Shown: positions 37,131 to 50,515, counted from the first letter of the whole stretch. The stretch is DNA of 63,962 nucleotides, filler included, from Choristocarpus tenellus KU-1152 (GCA_964200185.2; 13 parts of 13 records of this genome joined end to end with filler, not necessarily neighbours in it); one strand, 5' to 3'. Program-made: numbers and translations. Notes: generated by a model from the sequence alone, not told the origin.

Positions 37131-38865
37131 CAATCCCTACAATAAGAGCAGTGGATATTTGTAACTATCTTCAGACACCTCTTCCCTTCCACCCATACTC
37201 CAACTGTTATTCTGTGTTAAACAAGTCAGTACTAAAGGGATGGTTGTGCATCAAAATGTTACTGTAATTATTACCACCAATATCAGGTAGGCGAAGCGGT
37301 GGTTGGGATGATTAAATGATGACAACACATACAAGTACACTACACACTTGTCTGAAATACAATCAATGAATATGCTCGTATGGATTGGAGATGTAAGTAT
37401 TTGTGAAAATGGCTGAGTGAGAGATGATTGGTTGAGGGATGATGATGACGCAGGTGTATGTGTGTGGTGTGTGGGTGTAGAGTTTTACTATGTGGATATA
37501 TGTGTATGGATGGGTTAGTATTATACCCTACGTAATGAAATAGTGGATTCAGGTTTTGGTTACTTGTTACTTCTATTCTTTCAAAACCCAATTATATACA
37601 TGGTTTTATATGAAGCACAGAATGGAGATGAGTGTTGAGTGAGTGTATGTGATGAGTGTTGAGTGAAACCCTACCAAAAATACTATAATATTAGAGTAAT
37701 TATACCATAACATTCAGACAGAAGAATAATGACATGTTCCAATATGTAATACTGTTTTTCAAGTACTAAACAGAAAATAAGAGATGAAAAAATTGGAATG
37801 TATTCTTGAATACGAGACTATATTACTACAATAACAATAATATTTCCTCCATAGTTTCTGAAAAATATATATTTTTCAACCTATTGGAATATGTAAGGTC
37901 CAAACTTCGTAGTTTTAGGATTATGGTGACTAAGTTTGAGGACAAAATCTTCTTGTGGTATGGCATATTTTACCCCTACGTACTACATTTTACTACCACG
38001 CACTAACTTATACTACATGGTGACGGGAAGAAAAACCTCTTCATATTCGTAGGCAAACTCCGAAGTATTAAATATTTCGATTGTTTTGACCTATTCTACT
38101 ATCTGTTATAATCGGAAGCACTATTGTATCAAATAACCATCAACTATTAACAACCTCAGTCGGCACAACCTAGGTTCTGATTGGTATAGTGCAGTTGCTG
38201 AAAAAGTAACTGTTGTCTGATACGATTTTTGCTTCTACTTCCACTCACTTTCAATAATTATCTAAAAAGATATATGTTTTTACAGTATCGTGTCAAAACA
38301 ATTATTAAAAGTTGATATTCATGGTAATATTCGGAATCGCAGATTCTAGGTGGCACAGTTCACCCATGCACTAATCGTTGATCATCATGAGAACCGCCAA
38401 TACAATTTCCAAGGTAAAAATGATAATGATACTAATTGTTCTTCTTCCACAAATATGTATTGAGATTTGATAAGGATACCCCCAAACGGTGTAAAATATA
38501 GGAACCAAAGATCGAGAGTGCGTTACCAAGTTCCATCAACACATTGATGTGGGACCTTTGGGCGAAACACGAGAGGGTTGCCTGAATCGTTCAACTTTCC
38601 AAAACACAAAACCCCTTTGGTGCATGACCGCCCATATTTGCCAAGTTGAACACCGAGTACACTCTCTTTGTGACCAGACGATCAACAAACTGAAAGTATA
38701 CTTCCACTCATTCCTGAGCAATTTACGAGGTAGTGTGTGTGTTTACTCCTCTGAATTGTGACTTGCTATAGTTACACCTGATCTGGTCCCCCTGTCATCT
38801 GTGGACCTGGCCAGTTTCTCGCCTTTGGCATTCAATATATCAGATCATTGAGATCTTTGTCCACG

Positions 38866-40404
38866 ATGGCTGGGGGTGCGAGAGTAACAGCGAAGGGTAC
38901 GAGGGGTGCCCCTTCGATGTTTCCGCGTAAGCTCTACAAGATACTTTCGGAGGAGGATCCCAACATCATCGCCTGGGCAGAGTCCGGGCTCAGCTTCCAG
39001 TTACTGGACCAGGATGCATTTGTTGAAGAGATTATGTCGCGTTTTTATCGTCATCAGAAGCTCACTTCTTTTCAGCGTCAGCTCAACCTATACGGTAAGT
39101 ACAGTTTAAGTTGTCAAAGAAACACACTGACAAGGTAATCTACAGAGATGTGTAATGTGCTGTGGACTTTTCGAGTATTCTTTTGATCATCGCCTTCCTG
39201 ACTCATGTTGCAATGAGCCGCACTTCAATGTTTGGCCTTGAAACGTGGCATACTTGAATGATACTTGATTTACACACTCACATATTGTTTTTGTGCTGCA
39301 ACCACAATAACTAGGCCTCACAGTGCCCCTGGAAACGACAACAATACCATCCTCTAACCGACGCACTACCCACCACTTCCCCCTTTCTGTTTCAACTCAA
39401 TCATATTCTTCCTCGCAGGTTTCAAGAAGCAGACAACGGGACCACTTGCTGGGCACTACAGTCATCCTTCTTTCCAACGTGATCGCCCAGACCTACTGGA
39501 GCACGTCCGACGCTTGTATGCTCGTGCGCCAAAGGTATCGCAATTGCCACCTGCTTCGTCTCCTGTTTCACCCCCTCAGTCCATGAAGCGCAAGGCAAGG
39601 TCCAGACCAGAGCTTCAACAGAATCGAGCTAGGTGCCAAACACGGCAAGAACCTACACCATCACCTACTTACATGAGCCACTCTAGGTCTCAACAGGTGG
39701 CAAGACTCAGCAAGTCGCACATAAGCGTGGTAGACAACAAGTGCTGCCGAATCAATGCTGACACGGAGGGTCCTAATCACTGGATTCCCGAATCGAAAGG
39801 GGTGAGCAAGGCTCAGAGAGAACAAGGAGGACATCGGGTAAGAGAAAATAATTTGGAGGTTTCTGCCTGGAACTCCAATGACGCCTTATTGGAAGACATC
39901 ACAAGCAATTTCCCACACCTACAACAGCAAGCTTCAACCGTGGGCTTGACTAGTCCATCCTACTCTTGCAACTCTCCTGATTCGGATTCCGTGGAGTCTT
40001 CACTGTCGACCTCCGATTCTTGCGAAAGCTTTACCTCCATGTGGGAAGATGCGAATCCACCATTGCCTCTCGAGTGGGATATGGACCCAATTCCTCAAAC
40101 TTATGTAACACACTCTCACCCACCAGCTTCAATGTATTTCCAGTCAAACGTGTGTGATGGGCAATTCTCTGCCCTGGCGGGATTGGGGCGACCTTCTGCA
40201 CCTTGTGTTCGAGGGGATACTAGTGGTGCAGAGGAGTTTGTGCTGAGGGGATCTGGACAGGGTGGGTGGCGAGGAGAGGAAGAACCTGAGGAAGAGCTAG
40301 GAGTTGAGCACTGGTGGAATTCAGTATCGGAAGAACCTCCCTTGAGTGAAGAGGTTTTTGGACGGGGTAGTGACTTGTTACTGTCCTGGGGTGTGGTAGC
40401 TTGA
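38866..40404 (+). CDS. HSF: Heat-shock-factor (HSF) DNA-binding-domain transcription factor; 2 exons, ~404 aa
   Basis: Exons 38866-39094 and 39419-40404 (GTAAGT...CAG, phase 1). FPRKLYKIL...IIAW...SF...FYRHQKLTSFQRQLNLY-GFKK...YSHPSFQRDRPDLL; Ser/acidic C-terminus. Confidence 0.93.
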
Positions 40405-41729
40405 GGAGTTTAGTCTTTAAAGAGGATGGTATTTAGACATTTGAGAAGTCTCATGGAGGGCATCCCATGCCACCGAGCGTTCTCTTCAACATGACATGTT
40501 TTTGTTTCCTTGCCTGATGTACATGTTGTCCTTAGCGTGATCTTCCAGTGTAGGAAGGGTGTTCAGAAAGATTCATTACCTTCCTTGATTATGTGTTTAA
40601 TGTGTATCTTGTATTGTCCTATATGGTGTGGTACCTCACCCATAGCTTGATTTCTGTGAAGATGTTTGATTGTCGATTAATTTGTTTGCTGGATAAGGTG
40701 ATATGTGGAGTTGCTTATGATGCTGCTTGTATCAGAGAAGTATGTAGTGTTTTGTTTCGGATTGATGGCAGGGCGGTTAAAATGTTGTATGTAGGGAAAT
40801 GACGAGGAGTTAGAGGATCGTATGATCTACCTGCTGAGCAGAGTGGTCGACAAGGTTCATCTCTTCTCCTAATTGAAAAAGCTAGCTGTCTGTCCGTAAC
40901 AGTTATCTTCTGTTTGAAAGCATGTTCCATTGCAGTAAACAAGGCTTGTGAATATGAGACAGGAGGAGGTGGGGGTGTGAAAGCAAACCTAGAAGTGTTT
41001 CTGGCATGTACTGGCAAGGTTAGTTGCCTTCCTGCAAAATGGAAGGATGTCAATTCATGCTTATATACAGGTTAGGTGTTCAGATGTTTCACGGAAGTAT
41101 GATGTGTATCACAGCAGAGAATCGAGGAAGTAGAATTGACACAGAGATTCAAATACTATCGTAGATTCCTAGGTAGGTTTTCTAATTGTTCGTGACTGGG
41201 ATGGTTTTTAGGTTGTCTTCAACTTGATAAACGAAGAAAGGAAATTCGACCACATGTTATAAATTGCAAGAACTCTTTTTCAGAACGCATAAAAAGCAGG
41301 GTCACTAATGTGGCGACGCAATGAATAGTTTCATCTGTATATGCATGCGAAGCGAGGGGACTCGAACCAAGTTGACCAGGCAAAGACTAGTCCATATTTC
41401 CTTCAATTTTATCGTAAATTCTCAACGGGCTCTGCGTGGCGGGTCCTTGCCTCTTTGTTCACTGAATGAAGACAACTCAAACGTTCGAATATTACGCTCA
41501 GATCCAAAGTTACACATCACGATATACGCATTAAGATACGTAATCTCATTCTCTGTCCAAATAGGTAGGGATATCTACCGTTTTTATATGGTACAACCCT
41601 CCTTTAACTCTACCCTGGTATAGGTGGCGTGGAAAGTGGTCAAATTTCTGAAGCAGAATGGATTACATCGTTCGCTGGCGCGCTTTCTTTATGAATTGCA
41701 TGGCTAGGAAGATCCTTACCACCATATGT

Positions 41730-41907
41730 GGGTCGAAGTATCTGAGGGGGGGTGGCGGCTGTCCATTTGGGGCCAATTTTTCATGTCGCGATTTTTGGGT
41801 GATTTGGTTCCATACGTTGGATGGATAATGAAAGTACACTTTCCCTGGTTTTGTTCCAAATTGACACTCTGGTGTAGACCCTTCCCCCCCCCCAGATACT
41901 TTGGGTC
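41730..41907 (+). mobile_element. MITE family B, complete
   Basis: GGGTCGAAGTATCTGAGGGG...CCCCAGATACTTTGGGTC. Confidence 0.88.
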
Positions 41908-43909
41908 ATNNNNNNNNNNNNNNNNNNNNNNNNNNNNNNNNNNNNNNNNNNNNTTAATTAATTAANNNNNNNNNNNNNNNNNNNNNNNNNNNNNNNNNNN
42001 NNNNNNNNNCACCCCCCCCCCCCCCCCCCCCCCCCCCCCACACACACAGCCTCCGCCCGGTACCGGTGACTGCAGATAGGCCAGGTTCCTCTCATCCAGG
42101 AGGCACGCATTCTTCCAGGCCACACGCAATCGTAAGGGCAGCTTCCCCCAGTCAGGCGCAGAGTCTGAAACAAAACGAGCAGCCTCTAGGGCTGTGGCAA
42201 AGTGCCCAGAGCATGGGCTAATCCAGTCGGTTGGTATCACACCTAAGGGAGACATAGATAGAAGAGGTCCGCACGGGGGGGCAGGAGGGGCACCCCCAGA
42301 CATGTGAGTGTGTTGCTTGTTTGCCCGTAGCGCCCTGTAGCGCATTGTGGCGCTCCGAATGGGTAACAGCTCTTGTCGCGTGGTAAGTATGAGTAGGCAG
42401 GGTACCAAATATAAAACCGTCAATGTTGCCAATACGAAGCGAAGCGGGAAAGGAACTGATCATGGAAATGAGAATGTAACATACACCATTAACCGGTATG
42501 TATATATATATACATATATATATATATACATAGCGATGGTATATGATATTAATAATGTCACATACCGATCTGAAGGTTCCTCCAATATCTGGTTGGCAGG
42601 AATCTCTGATCCGGCATTCAAAATTGTCATCAGAAGATTTTTCGGCTATATTTTGGTCCCTTACGATGCTGGTTAGAATGCTCCACTAAATGAAACACAT
42701 GAAGACACAACAATTGAGCATGGGACACTTTTTCTGTTACACTTTTTTTTCTGTTAAAACGCCTTACGTGCATGTAGATAGTTTAAATATCACAAAGCTC
42801 TGTGATGTCATCGGTCACTGGTCACTGGTCACATCGGCTCTCTCCCAATGCACGACAGTTTCATGAAAAAAAAAAAAAACGTGCATGTATTCGTTAGGTC
42901 CGTTTACTGTAGTACGTAACGGGTAGAACTCCAGGTGATTACAAATTGTGTGACGACAGAGATAGCCAAATCGGAGAGGTTGGAACAAAAGAAACCCGTC
43001 ATCCATCGGTCCTTCATTGTCACCTCAAATCAAACAGAATGTAGTAGAGGCACTTCAGATGTAACGACTTCAGAGAGGGGACACAGACGGCTGAGGGTCT
43101 CTTCTCCAAAGGATCTCTTCCAGTTTTTCAGGGATAGCAGACGATACCTGTCTGTCCATATCTGTCAAAAGCAGACTCAAATCTTCGAACTTGCACTCCG
43201 CCACGGAATCAACCACGGTACAAACCCTAACCCTAACCTGCAGGAGGGCCCAAATATCCCTAACCCTACACCATTCCAAAACCAAGCACCGGGAGTGTGA
43301 AGGGTTAGGGATAGACTCATCTCGGAAGCTAATTACAGCAGACATACACGCCCGTTCGAATGGGGCCAAAGATGAGAGACTGACCAATGACAAGGCCCTT
43401 CAATCCAACCTCGCCGATTTGGCTGTGTTACCATTGCCTGATCCATAATCATTCAATTACTTTCACTCAATGAGGACAATTGATAAGAACGTTTTTCCCA
43501 GGCTTGGTATCGGGACCATAGTATACGAGTTATTTATCTCTCAGCAACAACGCAAGAGGTGTAGGCCTTCCTCATCCAAGGTGGATTGCACACACATCAC
43601 ACCGTAGTGTTATGCTACAACATGTAAACTACTGTAGCAGTAGCCCCAACATTCACAGTATGGACAAAACAACTGATACACCCCAGGGCACACGATAACA
43701 AAGCCATGGATACAGCACACAATCAACATGCATGAAAGTGCAGTACATGAGCAAAAAAATATACCAAAACACTCATGTATCAGTTGAGAGAGTACTTCAA
43801 GCCCACAGAATACCGCCATTTTCTCAAAAGGTGTACATAGACAAGACCACCTGCACCTTCCACCTACATCCCCACCACCCTCCACCCCAACTACCCACAA
43901 CACCACACT

Positions 43910-44230
43910 CCCCAGCTCAAAACAACTCACCAAGAAGCAGAGCACAGTGGTACCTTCCCAGGCTGAGGAACTCTTCACAGTCCACTCCAAGGGGCGTGAG
44001 GTGGGCAATCCCCTCCTTAGGCCGCATGCGGGTAACGTCTGTCCTAAGGAGAGCATGGGGGGTGGGCTTAAGGAGGGGTGCTGCCGCCACAACAAGATTC
44101 ACTGCCCCTAGGGTGTGGGAGAGGTTTGCAGTGTCGATGGTATCAAACCTGGGGAAGGTTAGAGGGAGTGGAGTCTGTAAGAGGGGCAGGAAGCAAGAAG
44201 CGGCATGTAGCATGACACACCTGAGGTAAA
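43910..44230 (-). mobile_element. Probable CRE-like retrotransposon fragment (region upstream of the Zn knuckle)
   Basis: GIAHLTPLGVDCEEFLSLGRYHCALLLG resembles the pre-knuckle segment of CRE ORFs; GC-rich island. 42045-42345 may be another piece. Confidence 0.35.
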
Positions 44231-44794
44231 CAGGCATGAACACGGGTAACTATGGCTTTGGGGCAGGGAGGAGGATGTGTCATACTTTGGAGCACTTGTG
44301 TGTGTGTGTGTGTGTGTGTGATAAGTGTGTGCTAGCTCTTTTACACCTATTTTTCACTAATGTAGGAGATGAGAGTAGAGTCACACAGAGGACAGGGAGG
44401 CTCTTTCCAGAGGTGAAGGAAAACATGATTTGGTCATGATACAGCTTCTGCACAACCCAGTTGTTTGCATGAGGGACCCTGCAGACAACCCTGCACCTAC
44501 AAGGATATGCATACTGTTGGCTCAGTACTAAGATTGCTTACTTGGAGTTTGCAAACAGGTCTTCACCAAACATGTATTTCAACACTTTTAGCAGCTACAC
44601 TTAGGGGGGGGGGGGGGGGGGGAAAAAAAAAAAAAAACAGGAGGGGGGAAAGCACAAAANNNNNNNNNNNNNNNNNNNNNNNNNNNNNNNNNNNNNNNNN
44701 NNNTTAATTAATTAANNNNNNNNNNNNNNNNNNNNNNNNNNNNNNNNNNNNNNNNNNNNCATATCCTCCCGCTCCTCTCCCTCCTACGATGGGG

Positions 44795-44912
44795 GTAGCC
44801 AGCTCATCCAGGAAGCATTCCACTTGCTTGCCCAAAACTTTCCATGACATATGAATAGTTTTCATTGGTTTTCCCCCTGACACATCTGCAAAATGTCAAG
44901 AGGGCATAATAT
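44795..44912. mobile_element. CRE 3'-end copy (+) with an inverted 5' coding fragment (-)
   Basis: 44795-44844 matches 27628-27685 in the same orientation; 44846-44910 is the reverse complement of the 26765-26806/27070 3' UTR. Confidence 0.7.
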
Positions 44913-44999
44913 TTAAATATAATATATACTCGAGTATCTTTTACATTTCGTATTTTTACGGTCATTGTACCACCAGACGGTAGGTTTACGATAAGTGCA

Positions 45000-45172
45000 C
45001 ATTTGATAGTGGTGAAGTAACTGATTAGTGGTTTCCACACTTACAATGTTTTATAATGTTCTTACGTTTAGGATATTTTATTTCTTGAGGGCTAATAACG
45101 ACATATATATAGTTTTCATTGGTTTCCCCCCTGACACATCTGCAAAATGTCAGAGGGCATAATAATAAAATA
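45000..45172 (+). mobile_element. 5'-truncated CRE 3' UTR copy ending in (TAA)n
   Basis: Reverse complement of 27070-27195 plus 26761-26806, without the MITE. Confidence 0.75.
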
Positions 45173-45899
45173 AGTTCACTCCAGTGAGGCATGGTTATGC
45201 TATGGTCAGGGATACTGAAGAATTGAACGGTTATGGGCATTGCAATTGAATACTGTCTGCACGGTAGGGTTCAGGAGGGCGAATGGCACCCACGGTCGCC
45301 GCGGTATGGTTTGGGAACTCTGATGGTTATGCACGGTTTTGCAATATCTCCATGGCTGGTTGGTGACAATCGGTTCTAGATTCCTGATAGAAGGATTGTG
45401 GAAGAGACCAACCGTCGACATTGTCCCCACCAACCGTATCAGTAACTGTGAAACAACCGTGGTTGTTACTACAGGTCGTAACAGCCATGTAGGACCCTTG
45501 AGAAAAACACGGTTATTGAGATGATGCAGGCATGAGTAGACAGATAAACAGATGGATGGACAGGAATTACTTGGTTTTACATACGAGCACGTGAGAAATA
45601 AAAACACCTGTATATAGCCAGTGCTGGTAACATTTTCTTGATTTTTTTCGAATTTGGATTTTTGAAAGAGGTACATCTGAGTGCACAGGCAAGCCTATGT
45701 GTGAGGATGAGAGTCGGTACTGGTAACCAGGTGGGGTAGGATGGTAAGGTGTAGGTTCTCAAATTTCTTTTGGGGTCGTTTGATATTTGATAAGATACTC
45801 GGCAAAAGGAGTTGATCTATTGATATCATATTTCTAAAAAAAATGGGCGAAATGGGCAAAAAGTATTCAGCCCTTCTTCAAACTTTCAACATTTTTTAT

Positions 45900-46460
45900 G
45901 TTGCGGGAGAACTGTAGTCCCTAATAACGCATGGGCGGAATGAACGGTTAGCTATGGGGTTCTTTCTTGTGGGTGTAACAGACAAAATTCGGAGGGGGTA
46001 GGATAAAAAAGTCATCCAGTCATACTGAATTGCGCTCGGTGGGGAAGTGCCCACAGGAAGGCACGATTGGAGATCACTTGTGAGGATAAGCTGCATTACT
46101 ACCTGGGTGTATGCTGCGGTGTGTAACCAGTGGATGCGGACATGGCGAAGGAGTTTGGTGGTCTTCTCAAATGATGGAAGGCAAAGGGGGAGGCTTTTGG
46201 AGAGTTGAATAAGTTGTGGCATGGAAGCATTTGCTTGCACAGGCCACTCTAGCTCCACCTGAACGCTTGCTCTCCTCTGCTGGCAACACATTCACCGCCA
46301 ACCACAACACTTTGTGGATGTAGTTGATGATACCATGGTGCTACACTCTTGCAGGGATGACTTTGGTGCCCGATTGTGGAAGGTGTAGGTAGCAGGAAAT
46401 CGTTGTGATGGTGGAGACAAAGGCAGTAGTACCCTGTGTGTTGTAGTGTTTTTGCCACCT
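45900..46460 (-). mobile_element. Decayed retroelement fragment, possibly DIRS/Ngaro-type RT N-terminus
   Basis: VTPTRKNPIANRSFRPCVIRDYSSP resembles the PK...RxxxDxSxP motif at the start of tyrosine-recombinase retroelement RTs; frameshifted. Confidence 0.35.
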
Positions 46461-47589
46461 CTTCTGACTGGAGGTCCCCAATCTACATGGGCTTAGCGTA
46501 GAGTGGTACATGGTGTGTTGTTTTTATTTTTGTTGGTTATGATTGCCTTGCTCGTGCCACTTCAGATACTGCACTGACTGTAAGCCCTAGTTACATGACA
46601 CAACTTGAAAGCATACAATTCAAATTAAGATTTGCGCCAAAGTATGTTAGAGGGTAGGAAAATACCAAAAACTAGCAAAAAAATGCAACACAAAATCTAA
46701 AATGACGTTTGTGTCAAAAGTCAAAAAGGTATCCCTTGTTCCCAAACATGAAATAATCCCCCCAAAGGTACCATTACGTTAAGTGCCCTTCCCATCCATG
46801 CATTTATCTGTCTGTCGATCTGTCTGCATGCTACCAGGACTGGCTCTCTCACATACGTACGGTAAAAAACCAAGTAATAGTTTCCAGTACTGGCTCTCTC
46901 ACGAATCTGCCGTATAAAATCAAGTAGTTCCTGTTCATCCATCCGTTTGTGTCTGTACATTACCAATATCAGCTCTCGTCCTTGCGCATAGGCTCACCTG
47001 CGGTCACACAGACTTGTTCCAAATAATAAACAAAAAATCTTACCTCCACTAGTCCTTTTTGGTCTCTTTGATGTACGAACCATACATAACCAAGAGTAAC
47101 TCCTCCAGTACAAACCTACTGGGTCTATTGACCTGTTTTTCTTCTTTCCGAGTTGTTGGGAGTTTATTTCCCCAAAACTATTGTTATAGCTTATTATACA
47201 GACTGCTGTGAATCGTGTGATTCTGCGCGCACATGATTCACTCAGGGAAGGGTGATGAAGAGAATCGAGAGGCAAGATGGGCCAGTCCGACCAAGACGAG
47301 CCGTAACCGAGAGGGCGAGGTTGGGATTGGACAAGCGCAATTTTTCAGAGTGATCAGAGGGGAGGATCACAGTTCGGGCAGGGGAACTCTGAAACAATCT
47401 CTCAGCGACCGATTGCTCTTTGAATGATTCTTCCCTCTGGAATCATAATACCTCTCCAGGGTCATCACCAACGTTCTTGGAAAATAACAAACGGTAAAAT
47501 GGTTTATGGTAAGTAATAAGCGGTACACAATAGCAGGCAAATCTACTTTCCACACTACAGTATACACACTACAGTATATTATATATATA

Positions 47590-47640
47590 TATTATTATGC
47601 CCTCTGACATTTTACAGATGTGTCAGAGGGGAAACCAATG
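47590..47640 (-). mobile_element. Very short CRE 3'-end copy inside a TA-rich microsatellite
   Basis: ATTATTATGCCCTCTGACATTTTACAGATGTGTCAGAGGGGAAACCAATG, with ATATATATTATTAT on both sides. Confidence 0.7.
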
Positions 47641-48111
47641 GATTTATATATATTATATTATTTTTCCAGACATTATAGTATATTGTACTTCATCTCTACA
47701 TTCCACCAGTTGGTGATGGGCGTCAAATCCAAAACCAAGTATTTGTATGATACAACAAATACAAGAGATACGGAAAGAACAAAACAGGCAGAGAACTAGT
47801 GAGGAGGGGGCCTCCAATGGCGGGAGAAATGGGTAATTCTGTCGTCAACAATGATGCCCTCCACGACATTTAAGATGGTTTGCGTTCAGAGGAGCAACTG
47901 TTACAGGCGAATAGCGCAAGCGTTTCTTCTTGTATTTCAACGAAGTGCAAGCGTTTGTTACACGCGAATNNNNNNNNNNNNNNNNNNNNNNNNNNNNNNN
48001 NNNNNNNNNNNNNTTAATTAATTAANNNNNNNNNNNNNNNNNNNNNNNNNNNNNNNNNNNNNNNNNNNNGGTCGCGGCGTTGTCACGTGTGTGATCACTG
48101 GTCGGCCGAAG

Positions 48112-50515
48112 TCAGTGAATATCCACCCCACACTCCCCGTCCTCGCCGACACGCTCCGCTAGGAACTTGCTGACCAAGAGCGGCACCTCCGTTGCCACAA
48201 AAAAGGCAAATCTGCCTTCCTGCACTGAGACTAGGTTTCCATGGTTCCCCGATGTCAACGTAGTACAAAGCCAACTCCGTCGATGGGAGCCAGGTTCTTC
48301 CTTGTCACTGTCCGATGAGGAAGAGTGTGTTTCCTCGAGCCCGCCGAAATCATTGTCACCGCTGACGAGATTATCCCCCCCACCTGAACGTTCGCCCTGG
48401 TCGTTGTCTTCGACATCACCGGTGCTAGTTCCAGCGCCATCGTCATCGGTGGGAAGCCAATGGACTGGGAGGTCGAAATCTCGTTCCCCTGTCTTTTGTA
48501 GAAGTCGTACAGACTCGCTTTGCTCGTGTTTCACTCTCTGAACGGCTTCATCGTCTGCGAAGGTGGAATCCATGAGCATGAGGACATCAACGGTATGGAT
48601 GCATGAATGTTATTTTGTTACCAGGCGTGAGGTTTCACGAGTGCGCTCGGGGAGCATGCGGTGAGAGGGAGGGTGTATATTTCGTCGGAATTGTCTCTGT
48701 TGAGTACAAGACCGGTGGCCTCAAAACATTTATGGGGAGCAATCTGTGGTAATTCTTATTGTAACATGCAATGATCACTACACATGAGAATGCAATAGTT
48801 TTCAAGATTTTTTTTCTAAAGGCTGCAAATGCTGCCTCGTACAAAAGTTGCACCTGATTTTTTTACTGCCACCGAATACCAAAATTACCTATCAACTCCC
48901 CTTACGAAAAAATCGACTTACCCAGTGGGTATGCAGCAGGAAGGCGCTCGTGCGACGCCTGGTACCACTGCTCCACCTTCAGGATGACGTCTCTGGGAAC
49001 GCTCTTGAGCTGGTAGGGTGGTGCATCTTGGATACGAGGCGGGTGGCCGATGAAGAGGTCGTGCAGAGGGGCGTTTGGGTCCATAGCAAGGTCTCCGCCC
49101 ATCCCACTCCATTCTGTGCTGTGCATTGTATTGCTTTACGCTAACCTTCACCCACCCATCACCGCCTTTTTCAATGCAAAAAGCCCTGTAGCTCGTGATG
49201 TTGGGGACACGGTTGACGCGACCGTGAAGGAGTCCCTTGAAATTGCCCTCGTTCCACAGGGTCTTGTAGTATACTGGAACCTCCGAGTAGGAGGCCTGCA
49301 GCTCTTCACCCAGCTGTGTTCTTGTGAATATGTTTTTGCCTTTTATTCCACGCGAGAACCTGAAGGTGAAATGCAAGCAAGTTAATTTCGAGGCAGGGGC
49401 GAAAGAAGCGAAGTGGAGAAGCAAGATCTATATGCAGGCACATGCTCTGATGCATGTATATGGAAAAATCAATATAAAATTGGGTGATGCGTACATTTTT
49501 TTCATTGCTTTGTTTCGAGAGTATGTTACGAAACAGTTTTGGCAGCTGCTCTTATCGTTAAATTTTGTTGTGAGGAAATCAAAAGCGAATCGATCAATTA
49601 CAGCGTACGGCCATATACCTTCCAGTAATGCAACAAGCGTGAGCTGCAAGCCTCGAGGCTGTATCTGTCCATAGAAAAACACTATGTGGCTATCGCACTT
49701 GCATATCTTGCCTAATTACCTGTAGAAGATCTGATCGATTTTGATGTGTGTGTGCCCCACCATCATAAAATGTATCTCGACAACACGAATGACACTCGCC
49801 GCAACCAACAGCCCCGCATATCCGAGAAATAAATTGTTCTTGTTCTCTGAGACGCAGTTGTCGACCTGGCCAGTTTGGGGAGTTGGGAGCGAGGGAGGGA
49901 TGGGCGTGAGGCCAATATGTCAGCCCATTTCGCCGCGTTTCGTGGAGGAACAGGGTAGGTTTCCAGTATTGCTAGAGCGCAATCTCTACATCACCGCCAT
50001 CATACATGCAGGTTGCAACACACAAACCAAAACTAAAGACCATGCAGTTAGTTACTTGGTGACTGGTATTCAGTGAGCATGTGTTGAGTAGGTCGCGTCA
50101 GGATGAAACCTTCTTACTTGCCAATGCGCGTGCTGGATGATGCAATTCCCCAAGTCATCAAGGCTGTTGCGGTTCTTGTTGATAAGCCTTGTGAGGGCAA
50201 GGTGGGTGGCTGTGCAGACAAGGTTACAACCTGCGCGAACAATGATGTTCAAAAACTGTTGGTAAAAAGTACTCTGCTCATTTACGCATTGTTTATTTGG
50301 AGCTAAAAAGAGGGGTAATGTAATTTGTTTATGCAATGTAGAGGACATACACCCATACGGCTGATGTACATGTCAGCGATCTCCACTACCCGTTGATTAG
50401 CTCTTACGCTACTCTACAGTACGTGCCTCCTCCAAGATTGATAGGAGTGAAGAACACCTCCGCGAACTGGCCTTCGATGTGTGCGGCCATGATCTTTTGG
50501 TGCTCGAAGTAGCCC
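48112..50515 (-). pseudogene. Intron-containing Sola-type (DUF7869-like) DDD transposase, probably frameshifted
   Basis: Exon 49865-49720 VDNCVSENKNNLFLGYAGLLV...FMMVGHTHIKIDQIF splices in phase to 49359-48922 (RFSRGIKG...NFKGLL...ITSYRAF...VKQY/MHSTEW, +1 frameshift at ~49127). Other candidate exons: 50515-50458, ~50230-50135 (GCNLVCTATHLAL) and an acidic 3' exon at ~48600-48112. Confidence 0.75.
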
